A DNA stretch of 54,794 nucleotides from an archaeon (GTDB lineage Archaea > B1Sed10-29 > WALL01 > JAGHAM01), in NCBI GenBank assembly GCA_021107635.1, contig JAIOSL010000050.1:1-54794 (forward strand). The letters are read 5' to 3'. Of this stretch, positions 19,804 through 29,796 are shown in pieces. A model generated the notes under the pieces. It did no database searches. It was not told the DNA's origin and was given only the letters and a program-made list of their open reading frames with translations. Numbering within the stretch: position 1 is the first letter of the stretch; each line of letters begins with the position of its first letter. A program made the position numbers and the translations under genes.

Positions 19804-21049
19804 GTTTTGCAATTACCGGATGCAAAATACCACCAAACACGGATTTAACAGTAATGTTTACAGGGAACAACTCTCCTTCTTGTACATCTGCAGGCATTTG
19901 TCTGCAGATAGTATCAGCATACTTTTCAATGAAAAAACAACCAGTTGAATGCTCTACGCTCATTTCTCCAGGAGTTAAAGAATAGATTTTGACAGGTTCT
20001 TCAGCTGAATAAACAAAACTCTGGTTTGCTGAAACTAAAAGAAGACCCTTAGGAACAGAATAATCCAACCCAGGAGAAGCTTCGTCAAGAACAGCTAACG
20101 TCTCTGTTAAATTCCCTATGAAAACTTTAACGTCTGTTCCCTGCTCTTCTGCTTTCACTCCAGAAACATTCAAAGCTTGAACCAATTCAAAAGAATTTTC
20201 TGGAGTCACAAAGAAAAAATCGTTTGGTTCACTGTAAACGATTGTTGCATTAACTCCGTTAGATAAAAGCATAGCTTCAACTTCACTTGCTTCCACTGTT
20301 TCCTCATAATCAACATCAGAACTAAACCCATAACCAGTAACATTCAAAACTTCTGCCTCACCTAGTTCATACTCAGTGTCAGTAGGCGGCTTGTAAACCC
20401 TTGGGTTTTCGAGCGCGACAACTTGAAGTTTACCTCCACTGAAAATTGCATCAATAGCAAAAGTTGTTACTTGTCTGTTATTAGTATAAGTAAATATGTA
20501 TGCTGGAACTTCCTCTGGCATAGTAATATTACTCAATTCTCCAGAAGGATATTTAGCAAGCAGTACTTCTGGAGGAAAATTTACTTTCGCAGGCACTCCA
20601 ATAGAATCAAAAGTAAAACTGAAAGGAGGTGCTCTAAACGTAGTCATCAAAAAGTATCCAACTCTTTCAGTATTTTCTGGTTTAACCTTTAATTGGATGG
20701 TATAAGCATACAATCCAGTTTCTCCTGAATTTTCCTGTTTTGAAATGTTAACTTGTTCTACTCCAGAAATATTCAACAAAGAAGCATTAATAGCTTCTTC
20801 ATTACCATAATTAGAAAAACCAATAAGGAAAATGCTCTCTTCTTTGCTCACAACCATTCCATTTGCTTCACCCATATAACGCTTTGATTGTTTTATGGTT
20901 GGAAATTCAGTTGGTGGTGTGCTGTTATCATCAATAGGTGGATTCGTAGGCTCTGGAGCATTCTGAGTCAAAAAGTAACTGATTGGTCCTAAGACCAAAC
21001 CTAATGCAACAACAAACAAAAATATTGATTTAGTTCTTGGAGAAACCAT
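19790..21049 (-). CDS. N-terminally anchored extracellular hypothetical protein
   Basis: One N-terminal TM, Pro/Thr linker, acidic beta-rich body with many N-x-S/T sequons. Confidence 0.7.
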   Translation of the reverse strand: MVSPRTKSIFLFVVALGLVLGPISYFLTQNAPEPTNPPIDDNSTPPTEFPTIKQSKRYMGEANGMVVSKEESIFLIGFSNYGNEEAINASLLNISGVEQVNISKQENSGETGLYAYTIQLKVKPENTERVGYFLMTTFRAPPFSFTFDSIGVPAKVNFPPEVLLAKYPSGELSNITMPEEVPAYIFTYTNNRQVTTFAIDAIFSGGKLQVVALENPRVYKPPTDTEYELGEAEVLNVTGYGFSSDVDYEETVEASEVEAMLLSNGVNATIVYSEPNDFFFVTPENSFELVQALNVSGVKAEEQGTDVKVFIGNLTETLAVLDEASPGLDYSVPKGLLLVSANQSFVYSAEEPVKIYSLTPGEMSVEHSTGCFFIEKYADTICRQMPADVQEGELFPVNITVKSVFGGILHPVIAKPILG

Positions 21050-21141
21050 GTTCCTTCTTTCTATAAACGAAAATATTTAAATAGTAATGCTTTCCTAAGT
21101 AAGTTCCCTCATTCTGCGTGCACAGCAGGAGTTGAATTATA

Positions 21142-21810
21142 ATGGTAGATAAAGGAACATTCGTGCAAATAGACTATACCGGAAAAACCAACGGAAAAGT
21201 CTTTGACACTACACTACAAGCAGTAGGAGAAAAAGAAGGTTTTGAAAAAAAGAAGTACTCCGCAATGCTTGTTAAAACTGGAGCAGGAGAATTAATCAAA
21301 GGAATAGATGATGCCCTGCTTGAAATGAAAGAAGGCGACAAGAAAGTATTGAAAATACCAGCAGAAAAAGCCTATGGACAAAGAAAACCAGAACTGGTCA
21401 AACTAGTTCCAATGAAAGTCTTCAAAAAGAACGACATAAAACCAGTCCCAGGCATGATTTTGAATCTGGATAACATGTCAGCAAGAATCCAAAGCGTTAG
21501 TGCTGGAAGGGTAAGAGTAGACTTTAACCATGAACTAGCAGGAAAAGACCTTGACTTTGATTTGACACTCACAAAAGTTCTCAAAACCAACGAAGAAATA
21601 ATCAAAGCAATTACTTCTCGCAGTCTTCCTGAAGCAGAAATCAAAGTAAAAGAAAACAAATGCGAAATCGAAATCAAAACGATGGGCAAAGAATACCCAG
21701 CAAGGAAAGCATTTGTGATAAACAGGATACTCGACATGGTAGAAGGTATCAAAAAAGTAGAAGTTGAAGAAACCTACGAAAAACCTACAATAACCCTAGA
21801 AGATGAATAA
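21142..21810 (+). CDS. slyD: FKBP-type peptidyl-prolyl isomerase, long archaeal SlyD-like form
   Basis: DYTG, VFDTT, GELIKGID, AEKAYG, VDFNHELAGKDL. Confidence 0.93.
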   Translation: MVDKGTFVQIDYTGKTNGKVFDTTLQAVGEKEGFEKKKYSAMLVKTGAGELIKGIDDALLEMKEGDKKVLKIPAEKAYGQRKPELVKLVPMKVFKKNDIKPVPGMILNLDNMSARIQSVSAGRVRVDFNHELAGKDLDFDLTLTKVLKTNEEIIKAITSRSLPEAEIKVKENKCEIEIKTMGKEYPARKAFVINRILDMVEGIKKVEVEETYEKPTITLEDE

Positions 21811-21873
21811 AACAGTAAAGATATTTAAACCTTGAACGAGTAAAGATAAGCTATCTGTTTCTAGGTGCATTAA

Positions 21874-22482
21874 ATGGAAAAAGAAATTAAAAAAGGAACG
21901 ACAACTATTGGCTTGCGCGCTAAAGAAGGAATTGTACTAGCTTCTGAAAGCAGAGCAACCATGGGAAACCTAATAGCCAATAAAGAAGTCGAAAAAATAT
22001 TCAAAATACAAGATCACATAGGCATGACAACCGCAGGAAGCGTAGCTGATGCCCAAGCACTAGTAAGACTATTACGAGTAGAAACAAACCTATATCAAAT
22101 AGAACGCGAAAGACCAATCAACTTAAAAGCAGCATCCACTCTCCTATCCAACGTTCTACAACAAAACAAATATTTCCCATACTGGGTCCAACTCTTACTA
22201 GGCGGCTATGACAACGGACCAAAACTATATTCACTTGATGCCGTTGGATCAGTCATAGAAGAAAAAGTTACGTCAACAGGCTCAGGCTCTCCTTTTGCTT
22301 ATGGAGTTCTCGAAAGCAGGTATAAAGAAGGACAAGGAATCGAAGAAAACCTCAAACTTGCCGTGGAAGCACTCCGCTCAGCCATGGAAAGAGATGCAAT
22401 GTCAGGAAACAACATAAACCTGGTCAAAATAACAAAAAAAGGATACGAAAAAGTAGATTCTTCCAAATACCTGACTAAATAA
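21874..22482 (+). CDS. psmB: proteasome beta subunit
   Basis: Propeptide then G|TTTIG, ASESRAT, GSVADAQ, GSGS, RDAMSG. Confidence 0.96.
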   Translation: MEKEIKKGTTTIGLRAKEGIVLASESRATMGNLIANKEVEKIFKIQDHIGMTTAGSVADAQALVRLLRVETNLYQIERERPINLKAASTLLSNVLQQNKYFPYWVQLLLGGYDNGPKLYSLDAVGSVIEEKVTSTGSGSPFAYGVLESRYKEGQGIEENLKLAVEALRSAMERDAMSGNNINLVKITKKGYEKVDSSKYLTK

Positions 22483-22515
22483 AAAAAACCCAGCGAAAAA
22501 TTGAGGGGACTTGTG

Positions 22516-24411
22516 ATGGAAATCACAGAAATAGACGATATTATAAAAGACAAAGTGCCAAGCGAAGCTTTGGTCACAAAAACCCTAATGCAGGCATCAG
22601 AAGTAATAATTTTCACAAAAAACCTGCCATTATTCCTAGAGGACGAAAAAATCGTCAAAGGCCTAGCAGCCGCATTAAAACGAAGAATACACATACGTTC
22701 TGATCCATCAATGGTAGAAGAACCAGCAAACGCAGAAAAAAAGATAAAAACACTCGTACCAGAAGGTGCAGGAGTAGGAACCATAGGATTCGATGCTAAC
22801 CTCAGTGAAGTAATCATAGAAGCAGCCAAGCCAGGCCTAGTAATAGGTAAACATGGAATGACACTCAAAAACATTGCAATCAAAACTGGATGGTACCCTC
22901 AAATACTACGCATACCCACCAGCAGATCCAAAGTAATCAAAGGCATCCGCTATAACCTACTAAAACATAGCAACGAACGCGTCAAAATCATGAAGGAAAT
23001 ATCCAAACGCATTTACAGAGAAGGCAAAAGTACAGACTGGGTCAAAGTAACCGCGCTTGGAGGAAGCAGAGAAGTAGGAAGAAGCTGCTTTTTAATTAGC
23101 ACACCAGAATCAAACGCTCTCTTAGACTGTGGAGTAAACGTAGCAAGCACAAACAACGCGTACCCAATGCTTGACTCACTTGGCTTTCCGCTTGATGAAC
23201 TAGATGCAGTAATCCTCTCACACGCACACTTAGACCACTCAGGTTTCATACCATACCTTTACAAATATGGATACACAGGCCCAACCTACTGCACCACACC
23301 AACACGAGACATCATGGCCCTTCTGCAATTAGACTATGTTGACGTAGTAGCAAAAGAAGGAAGAGACGCACCATACAGCCAAAGAGACGTCGAAAAAATG
23401 ATTAAATACACCATCACAAGAAACTATGGTGAAGTCACAGACGTTGCTCCAGACATGAGAGTAACATTCCATAACGCAGGACACATCCTAGGCAGCGCGT
23501 CAGTACACATGCACTTAGGAAGAGGCGCGCACAATTTATTGTATACAGGTGACTTCAAGTTTGGATACACCAAACTATTCAATCCAGTACACATGAAATA
23601 TCCAAGAATTGAAACCCTGATAATGGAAAGCACATACGGCGGACCAAGAGCAATCCAACCTGCACGATACATCAGCGAAAAAAACCTGGTTAAAACAGTC
23701 CAAGAAACCGCCAAAAATGGAGGTTCAGTACTCATTCCAGTATTTGCTGTCGGCAGGGCACAAGAAATAATGCTTGTTCTTGAAGAATACGCAAAGAAAA
23801 ACAACTGGGATATTCCAATTTATATTGATGGAATGACACGTGAAGCATCAGCAATACACACAGCATACCCTGAATTCCTACGCAGAAACGTCAAAAAGCG
23901 CATTCTTCACAATAATAGTCCTTTTGACTCAGACATATTTATCGTAGTCGACAAAACAAAAAGAGAAGAAATCGCAGAAGACAAAGGTGCTGTAATTCTA
24001 TCACCCGCAGGAATGCTTACTGGAGGACCAAGCGTAGAATATTTCAAAGCACTCTGTGAAAACCCAAAGAATGCGATCATTTTCGTTGGATATCAAGGAG
24101 AAGGCTCACTAGGAAAGAAAGTTCAAATGATGGGACTAAGAAAAAACCATAAAGGAATTCCAATGCAAGTAAACGGAAAAACCAAAGAATTCAAAGTCAA
24201 CATGCGCATTGAAACCATTGAAGGCTTTTCCGGGCACTCAGACCGCAATCAACTCCTAGGCTTCTACAAACGCCTGCAACCAAAACCAGAGCGCGTAATA
24301 ACCGTGCACGGAGACGAAAAAAGTTGTGTCAACCTAGCGCGCACTTTATCATATAACTATAAAGTAGAGGCAACTGCCCCAAGGGACCTAGATACAATAA
24401 GGCTTAGATGA
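22516..24411 (+). CDS. fttA: beta-CASP ribonuclease aCPSF1 (transcription termination factor)
   Basis: N-terminal KH domains (KPGLVIGK), SHAHLDH, AGHILG, ESTYG, FSGHSD; adjacent to psmB as commonly seen; start ATG 22516. Confidence 0.95.
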   Translation: MEITEIDDIIKDKVPSEALVTKTLMQASEVIIFTKNLPLFLEDEKIVKGLAAALKRRIHIRSDPSMVEEPANAEKKIKTLVPEGAGVGTIGFDANLSEVIIEAAKPGLVIGKHGMTLKNIAIKTGWYPQILRIPTSRSKVIKGIRYNLLKHSNERVKIMKEISKRIYREGKSTDWVKVTALGGSREVGRSCFLISTPESNALLDCGVNVASTNNAYPMLDSLGFPLDELDAVILSHAHLDHSGFIPYLYKYGYTGPTYCTTPTRDIMALLQLDYVDVVAKEGRDAPYSQRDVEKMIKYTITRNYGEVTDVAPDMRVTFHNAGHILGSASVHMHLGRGAHNLLYTGDFKFGYTKLFNPVHMKYPRIETLIMESTYGGPRAIQPARYISEKNLVKTVQETAKNGGSVLIPVFAVGRAQEIMLVLEEYAKKNNWDIPIYIDGMTREASAIHTAYPEFLRRNVKKRILHNNSPFDSDIFIVVDKTKREEIAEDKGAVILSPAGMLTGGPSVEYFKALCENPKNAIIFVGYQGEGSLGKKVQMMGLRKNHKGIPMQVNGKTKEFKVNMRIETIEGFSGHSDRNQLLGFYKRLQPKPERVITVHGDEKSCVNLARTLSYNYKVEATAPRDLDTIRLR

Positions 24412-24412
24412 A

Positions 24413-25489
24413 TTAATGATGGAGTAATTTTTGGATTAGTGAATCAGAACGTTTTGTATATTTCACACTTTTCTTGAAATAATATTGAGCAGACTTAAAA
24501 TCATTTTTTGAAAGATTCTTTTCTAACTCATGAATAATAGTATCATGCAACTGCTTTTGTACATGTGAATCTATTTTGAACTTACATTTTTTTGATTCTG
24601 AAAGATCAAAAAAGGAAGTTGCGAGCGACTCTGCTAACACTGCTACTTCAAGCTTTTCTGTTTTAGATTTATACTTTTTTGTTTTTGTTCGATAATCTGC
24701 ATCCAAATCAACTATTTTAACTATTCCAAAAGGGTGCTCGTTATCCTTTTTATGTTCTCTAACAAAATTTTCTGGTTTAGTATCAGTATACATAATTCCA
24801 TGATTAAACAATTTCACCACAGACTTTGTAATCTGCTTAGTAACATCAACAAGTTCATCAGGATTTGAAAAACTTTCTTCTGCCAAATTTTTTGAGATAA
24901 ATCGCCTATCCGCAGCAAAACCAGAACCGATAAACTCATGCTCTTCAACTAAAACCCCTTTCATTAAAGGATGTTTGTCATTGAATTCTATGTTCATCAT
25001 TCTTCTAACCTTCTTAAATTTTGCTGCTGGAACAAGATGATAAATTTTGTCTGCGATTTCTTTAGTTTCTTTTGCAACTTCCATATGATTAGCAAGAGAC
25101 CAACCAAACAAAGGAAACTTATACACTCTAGGTTTGTCATCAACTACAGCGATAACTCTCCTTGTTGCTCCTTCTCTTGACTTATAAGCAGGTAAGATAA
25201 CTCCATGATGTTTTCCGCTTTTAACGTACTCGCTCCCATTAACATGAAAACCAGTACCTTTCAAACCAATAGCTTTAACATGCGCGCCGCCAACCTTGTC
25301 TTTAAACGCATCCAATGCCATTTTTTTCTTTGAACCACCCGCTCTTCGAATTACTGCGCGTCTATGAATGTTAAAAAGAGCTGTGGTGTCTATGAAAATC
25401 TTTCCTTTTTTATCAACTTTAGGCTTGCTAAACTTTTTTTCTTTTAATTGTTTTCTGATATGGTTAGCGTTGAAAGATTTTCTAGGCAT
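24413..25489 (-). CDS. protein-kinase-like fold protein with basic N-terminus
   Basis: Catalytic-loop-like YTDTKPENF and metal-binding KIVDLD. Confidence 0.65.
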   Translation of the reverse strand: MPRKSFNANHIRKQLKEKKFSKPKVDKKGKIFIDTTALFNIHRRAVIRRAGGSKKKMALDAFKDKVGGAHVKAIGLKGTGFHVNGSEYVKSGKHHGVILPAYKSREGATRRVIAVVDDKPRVYKFPLFGWSLANHMEVAKETKEIADKIYHLVPAAKFKKVRRMMNIEFNDKHPLMKGVLVEEHEFIGSGFAADRRFISKNLAEESFSNPDELVDVTKQITKSVVKLFNHGIMYTDTKPENFVREHKKDNEHPFGIVKIVDLDADYRTKTKKYKSKTEKLEVAVLAESLATSFFDLSESKKCKFKIDSHVQKQLHDTIIHELEKNLSKNDFKSAQYYFKKSVKYTKRSDSLIQKLLHH

Positions 25490-25541
25490 GTTTTACACCA
25501 ATAGGATATTACACAGAACGACTTAAAAAGGTTTTTGCAAA

Positions 25542-28301
25542 TCAGTTTGTCCAGTAGCGGTGAGTCTTCGTAAAATTACGTTCCGCCTCTACGAGATCCC
25601 TGAACAGCAAGTCTTCAGTCTTTTGGGCTTTCCTGAGTACACGAGAAGCAATAGTAGGACCTACTCCCCTCGCAGTCAAAGCTATGACCACGTCTCTACC
25701 ATGCGCGTTTACTAGTTTGGCTATGCGCACAAGCTTCTTTTTTTCTTCGCTTTCTTCTTTGGTAAGTTTCTTTTTTTCAAAGAGTTTTTTCGCGCCTCGC
25801 TTCTGTGCGTATGTTACCATTGAAGCTCCGCATTTAGAACAGCAAATTTCTTTTGGCAGGTCTCTTATTTCAGAATACCAGGAGTGATGACAGTAAGTGC
25901 ATATCATGTGAGCATTTTTTGAGAGAATGCGTTCTTTGACTAATTCAGTGATATCTGCCAGTGCGCGTTCGGGTAAGATTAAGTCTGTGCCTCCTTTGGC
26001 AAAGGAAGTGAATTCGCTTGGTTTTGGAAGGTTTGCTTTTTTTATTTTGATTTTCTTGTTTTTGATTAATTCAAGCACTTCTTTGGTTTTTTCTATGTCC
26101 AGTTTTTCTGTGAAGAGAGTGCGCAATACTTCTTTTGCTATTGGTGAGTCTATAACTGCTTCAATAATTTTTCGAATGCCAATGCGTTGATAATTAGCGC
26201 CTTTTTCTAGCAGACCAAAGCGTTTAGCAACGTGCACAAACTCGTATTTGAATAGTGATGAACGAGCAATGTTTTCTGTTAGAATTGCACCCACTGCTTT
26301 TGGTTCAATCTCGATCAAAAATTTTTCTATTAAGTCAGGTCTTGCTATTGTCGGAAATTCAAACATTATGCGGTACGCATCTGCGCGCATGCGGATTGTT
26401 CTCCCAGTGATTGATGTTAATAGTGCTGCAATCACTTTACCAAGTGTTTCGTTTACTAGCGAGCCAAAGTGAGAGTGCATGAACACTATCGTGCCGTGAG
26501 ATTCTAAAATGATTGTTTTGTCATCTGGAACAAAACCGCTTTTTTTCTGTTTTTTGATTGAATCCAAAGCAACGCGTTTAGCGTTTTTAGTTATTAGTTT
26601 AGAATCTATTCTGGCTTTTCTGCGGAGCGCGCCTACTGCTTGAGCTACTTCAAATGGAACAGGAATTTCTGATCCTTGCCAGTCAGGAATTGCTGCAGTA
26701 ATATCTGAGGCTGGTTCGACTATTACTTCTCTTTCAGCAATGTCTAAAACATGCCAGGGAGTTCCTTTGCTTATGAAAGTTATGCCTGGTTTAAGATTCT
26801 CTGCTACAAACGATTCGTCCAACATAGCAACGTTGGTTCTTGTCAACGCGTTTTTAACAAAGAATCGTTGTTCATCTGGGATCATTGAAACTGAACCAAA
26901 ATAGTAGAAAAGAGTACTTTTACTTTTTTTGTAGTTGTCTGGATCAAGCCAGATGTAACGTTCAGATGCTAACTGATCAAGCACGTCAAGAAAATCATCG
27001 TACTCTAAATTTCTGTAAAGATAAGAACGCCGGACAAGTTGGAATGCTTTCTTTATGTCAATTCTGCCTGAATCCATTGACAAGCCGATAAGCTGGTGAG
27101 CAAGAACGTCCAATGCTCCTTCATGGAGTCTGACATCTTCTAGCTGTCCTTTTAATGCTCTTTCAGCGATTACTACTGCCTCTAAGATATCCTCTGCATT
27201 TGAACAGATAACAATGCCTTTCGGCTTCTTTTTTATTGAATGACCGGACCTTCCGATACGTTGGACTAGTCTGGAAGCTTGTCTGGGAGACATGTACTGA
27301 GTTACTAGGTCTATGCTACCTATGTCAATACCAAGCTCAAGCGATGAAGTTGCAAAAAGTCCCTTTACCGAACCGTCTTTGAATTCTTTTTCTGCCACTA
27401 TTCTGACTTCCTTGCTTAACGAAGAATGATGAACTTTGATTCCGTGTTTTGTGTCCCATGCACTCATTCGTGAGGAGAGAAGTTCTGTCATTGAACGAGT
27501 GTTAACAAAACATAACACTGAACGATGCTGATCTATGAGTTCGTGAAGTCTTCTTAGCCTTGCAATGACTGGAGCTGTTACGTGTAGTTCAGAGATTAAT
27601 TTTTTGTCTTCTTTTTTCGGCATGGGATGTTCGATGGTGAGGTCATAGTTTCTTTCAGAAGATGCATTCACAATTTTAGCGTCGCGGTATGTACCTGCTA
27701 AAAACTTTGCAGTTTCCTCTGGGTCTCCCACTGTAGCAGATAATCCAATCCGCTGAAATTCGCCTGTGCGTTCCACTAAACGCTCCAGGGCGATGCTCAA
27801 TTGAACGCCTCTCTTGCTTTCTACGAGCTCGTGAATCTCATCAATGACCACACGATGCACGTGAGTGAGGTGCGCGCCCATTTTCCGAGCAGGGAGGATG
27901 TTTTGGAGTGTTTCTGGTGTCGTTATGAGGATTTGTGGAGGGTTTTTTGCTTGTTTTGAGCGTTGGTAAGGGGTTGTGTCTCCATGACGCACTTCTAGAG
28001 TCAAACCAAGCTTTTCTGACCACCACTTCATCCTGTCAAGCATATCTCTATTCAATGCTCTTAATGGAGTAATGTAAAGTACTTGTATGCCTAGCGCTTT
28101 TGGGTTTTCCATTAATTTTGAAAATATTGGAAGAAAAACAGTCTCAGTTTTTCCCATTCCAGTTGAAGCAAGAACTAGAGTATGACGCCCAGAAGATACT
28201 ACTGGAATGGCTTTTTCTTGAATTGGTGTTGGCTGTTCAAAACCTCGTTCTTTGAGGAGCGTTCTGACTGATGGATGCAAACTATCAAAAACCGTTTTCA
28301 C
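25542..28301 (-). CDS. lhr: Lhr-like SF2 helicase
   Basis: ASTGMGKT, PLRALNRD, TTPETL, DEIH, GLSAT, HHSSL, SSLELGID, QRIGRSGH; C-terminal CxxC..CxxC. Confidence 0.93.
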   Translation of the reverse strand: MKTVFDSLHPSVRTLLKERGFEQPTPIQEKAIPVVSSGRHTLVLASTGMGKTETVFLPIFSKLMENPKALGIQVLYITPLRALNRDMLDRMKWWSEKLGLTLEVRHGDTTPYQRSKQAKNPPQILITTPETLQNILPARKMGAHLTHVHRVVIDEIHELVESKRGVQLSIALERLVERTGEFQRIGLSATVGDPEETAKFLAGTYRDAKIVNASSERNYDLTIEHPMPKKEDKKLISELHVTAPVIARLRRLHELIDQHRSVLCFVNTRSMTELLSSRMSAWDTKHGIKVHHSSLSKEVRIVAEKEFKDGSVKGLFATSSLELGIDIGSIDLVTQYMSPRQASRLVQRIGRSGHSIKKKPKGIVICSNAEDILEAVVIAERALKGQLEDVRLHEGALDVLAHQLIGLSMDSGRIDIKKAFQLVRRSYLYRNLEYDDFLDVLDQLASERYIWLDPDNYKKSKSTLFYYFGSVSMIPDEQRFFVKNALTRTNVAMLDESFVAENLKPGITFISKGTPWHVLDIAEREVIVEPASDITAAIPDWQGSEIPVPFEVAQAVGALRRKARIDSKLITKNAKRVALDSIKKQKKSGFVPDDKTIILESHGTIVFMHSHFGSLVNETLGKVIAALLTSITGRTIRMRADAYRIMFEFPTIARPDLIEKFLIEIEPKAVGAILTENIARSSLFKYEFVHVAKRFGLLEKGANYQRIGIRKIIEAVIDSPIAKEVLRTLFTEKLDIEKTKEVLELIKNKKIKIKKANLPKPSEFTSFAKGGTDLILPERALADITELVKERILSKNAHMICTYCHHSWYSEIRDLPKEICCSKCGASMVTYAQKRGAKKLFEKKKLTKEESEEKKKLVRIAKLVNAHGRDVVIALTARGVGPTIASRVLRKAQKTEDLLFRDLVEAERNFTKTHRYWTN

Positions 28302-28350
28302 GCTGAAGATTATGAATAAGGGATATTAAAGGGATTTGCCTGGATTTTTC

Positions 28351-28785
28351 CTAGATACGACTGTGCTCTTTCAATACTTTTTTTATTAGTGACTTCATTT
28401 CGCTTGCGTTTTCAATTTCTTTCCTAAAATGTTCTCTTCTGGCTGAGAATAGTTCTTGGAATTTGTTTTCTTCAGGAAAACGCCATGGCTTGTCTAGATT
28501 AAGACGAGCATCTTCTTCTTCGTACTCCTCCATTTTTTTAAGAATTAGTGGACCTCTGGCTTCTATGATCCCAAGCCTCCTGTGTTCTATTTCCAGAGCA
28601 AGCAAAGATGCAGAGGTGTGTTCTCCTGTCTTGATTGAATGTTGGAGTTCTTCTAAATGTTTTTTGTATTCTGGCCCTCTTTTCTTTTTAGAAAGTGCTC
28701 CAAAATGATTTTCTAAAACTCTCCTGATCTTATGTTCTTCTGAACCCACTTTTAATTCAGTTCTTTTTTTCACTCTTGCGGCCAT
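28351..28785 (-). CDS. hypothetical basic helical protein
   Basis: 144-aa ORF with an upstream TATA-like element; no family recognised. Confidence 0.65.
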   Translation of the reverse strand: MAARVKKRTELKVGSEEHKIRRVLENHFGALSKKKRGPEYKKHLEELQHSIKTGEHTSASLLALEIEHRRLGIIEARGPLILKKMEEYEEEDARLNLDKPWRFPEENKFQELFSARREHFRKEIENASEMKSLIKKVLKEHSRI

Positions 28786-28824
28786 GCTATCATTAATAAT
28801 TTCTCAAGGAGAGATTAAAAAGCT

Positions 28825-29703
28825 TTAGTCTTTGATTATCAGGTAGTTGGCTGCTAGGATGAACGCTCCCCCTAGAAGGATGTTTGCCGTGAAAAGTTCC
28901 CCTAAGAATAGAGAAGCGAGTATTGCGCCTACCACCGGCTCAAGCAAGAGTATCACTCCAGACTCAGAAGCAGGTACTTTCTGCGCGCCTTTGAAGTAAG
29001 CTAAGTGTGTGACCATTCTCGCAACCACAGCGAAAAGGAATAGATATATCCAGATTTCCCAGGAAAAATCAAGAGAAAAATCAATTATGGAAGGCTCTTG
29101 AGTCAGAGTTATAGCTAGGGGATAGGACAAAGCTATGAAAACTAGGATGAAGAACGTGCACACAACCAATGTTGTCACAGGATGATATCCTTTCTTTCCG
29201 CAAATTCTTCCAAACAACACCCAGCCTGAAAGTGCAAGTCCTGCAAGAAGAGCAAAGAACAAGCCAATCGGATTGAGTGTTCCTGCTTGGAAAGGATTGA
29301 CCAGCATAACAACCCCAGCAAGAACGAGAATCACTGCCACAATTTTCTTCTTGGTTATTTTTTCTTTCAAAAATAAATTACTAAAGATGATTGTCCACAA
29401 AGGCTGAGTGTACAAGAGTAAAACAACAACAGCTACTGGAACTCCAAGAATTATTGGAATGTACTGAGATAGTACTATTATCGCACTAATCAAACCAAAA
29501 ATAAAGTATGTCTTGAGCATTTCTTTTTTCAGTTGACACTCTTTTCTTAAGAATAGAAGAGGTAAAAGGAGAAAAACAAAAAGTGAAGGAAGAACAGACA
29601 ATTGATAAAGAGATAAACCCATATCTGCAAATATTTTACCCCCAAAGACTATCAACCCAGCAAATAGACCGGAGAGTATAACAAAAAAATATTCTGGTTT
29701 CAC
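28825..29703 (-). CDS. EamA/DMT family transporter
   Basis: About 10 TM segments; LLLYTQPLW, LKEKIT, LLEPVVG motifs. Confidence 0.9.
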   Translation of the reverse strand: MKPEYFFVILSGLFAGLIVFGGKIFADMGLSLYQLSVLPSLFVFLLLPLLFLRKECQLKKEMLKTYFIFGLISAIIVLSQYIPIILGVPVAVVVLLLYTQPLWTIIFSNLFLKEKITKKKIVAVILVLAGVVMLVNPFQAGTLNPIGLFFALLAGLALSGWVLFGRICGKKGYHPVTTLVVCTFFILVFIALSYPLAITLTQEPSIIDFSLDFSWEIWIYLFLFAVVARMVTHLAYFKGAQKVPASESGVILLLEPVVGAILASLFLGELFTANILLGGAFILAANYLIIKD

Positions 29704-29796
29704 ATCAGAGATTATACGCTAAGAGGTATTATTTACTTAGTATTAGAACAATAAGAGTACTATCCCAAATACGTTTATCTCTGGAAATGTCCGGAA

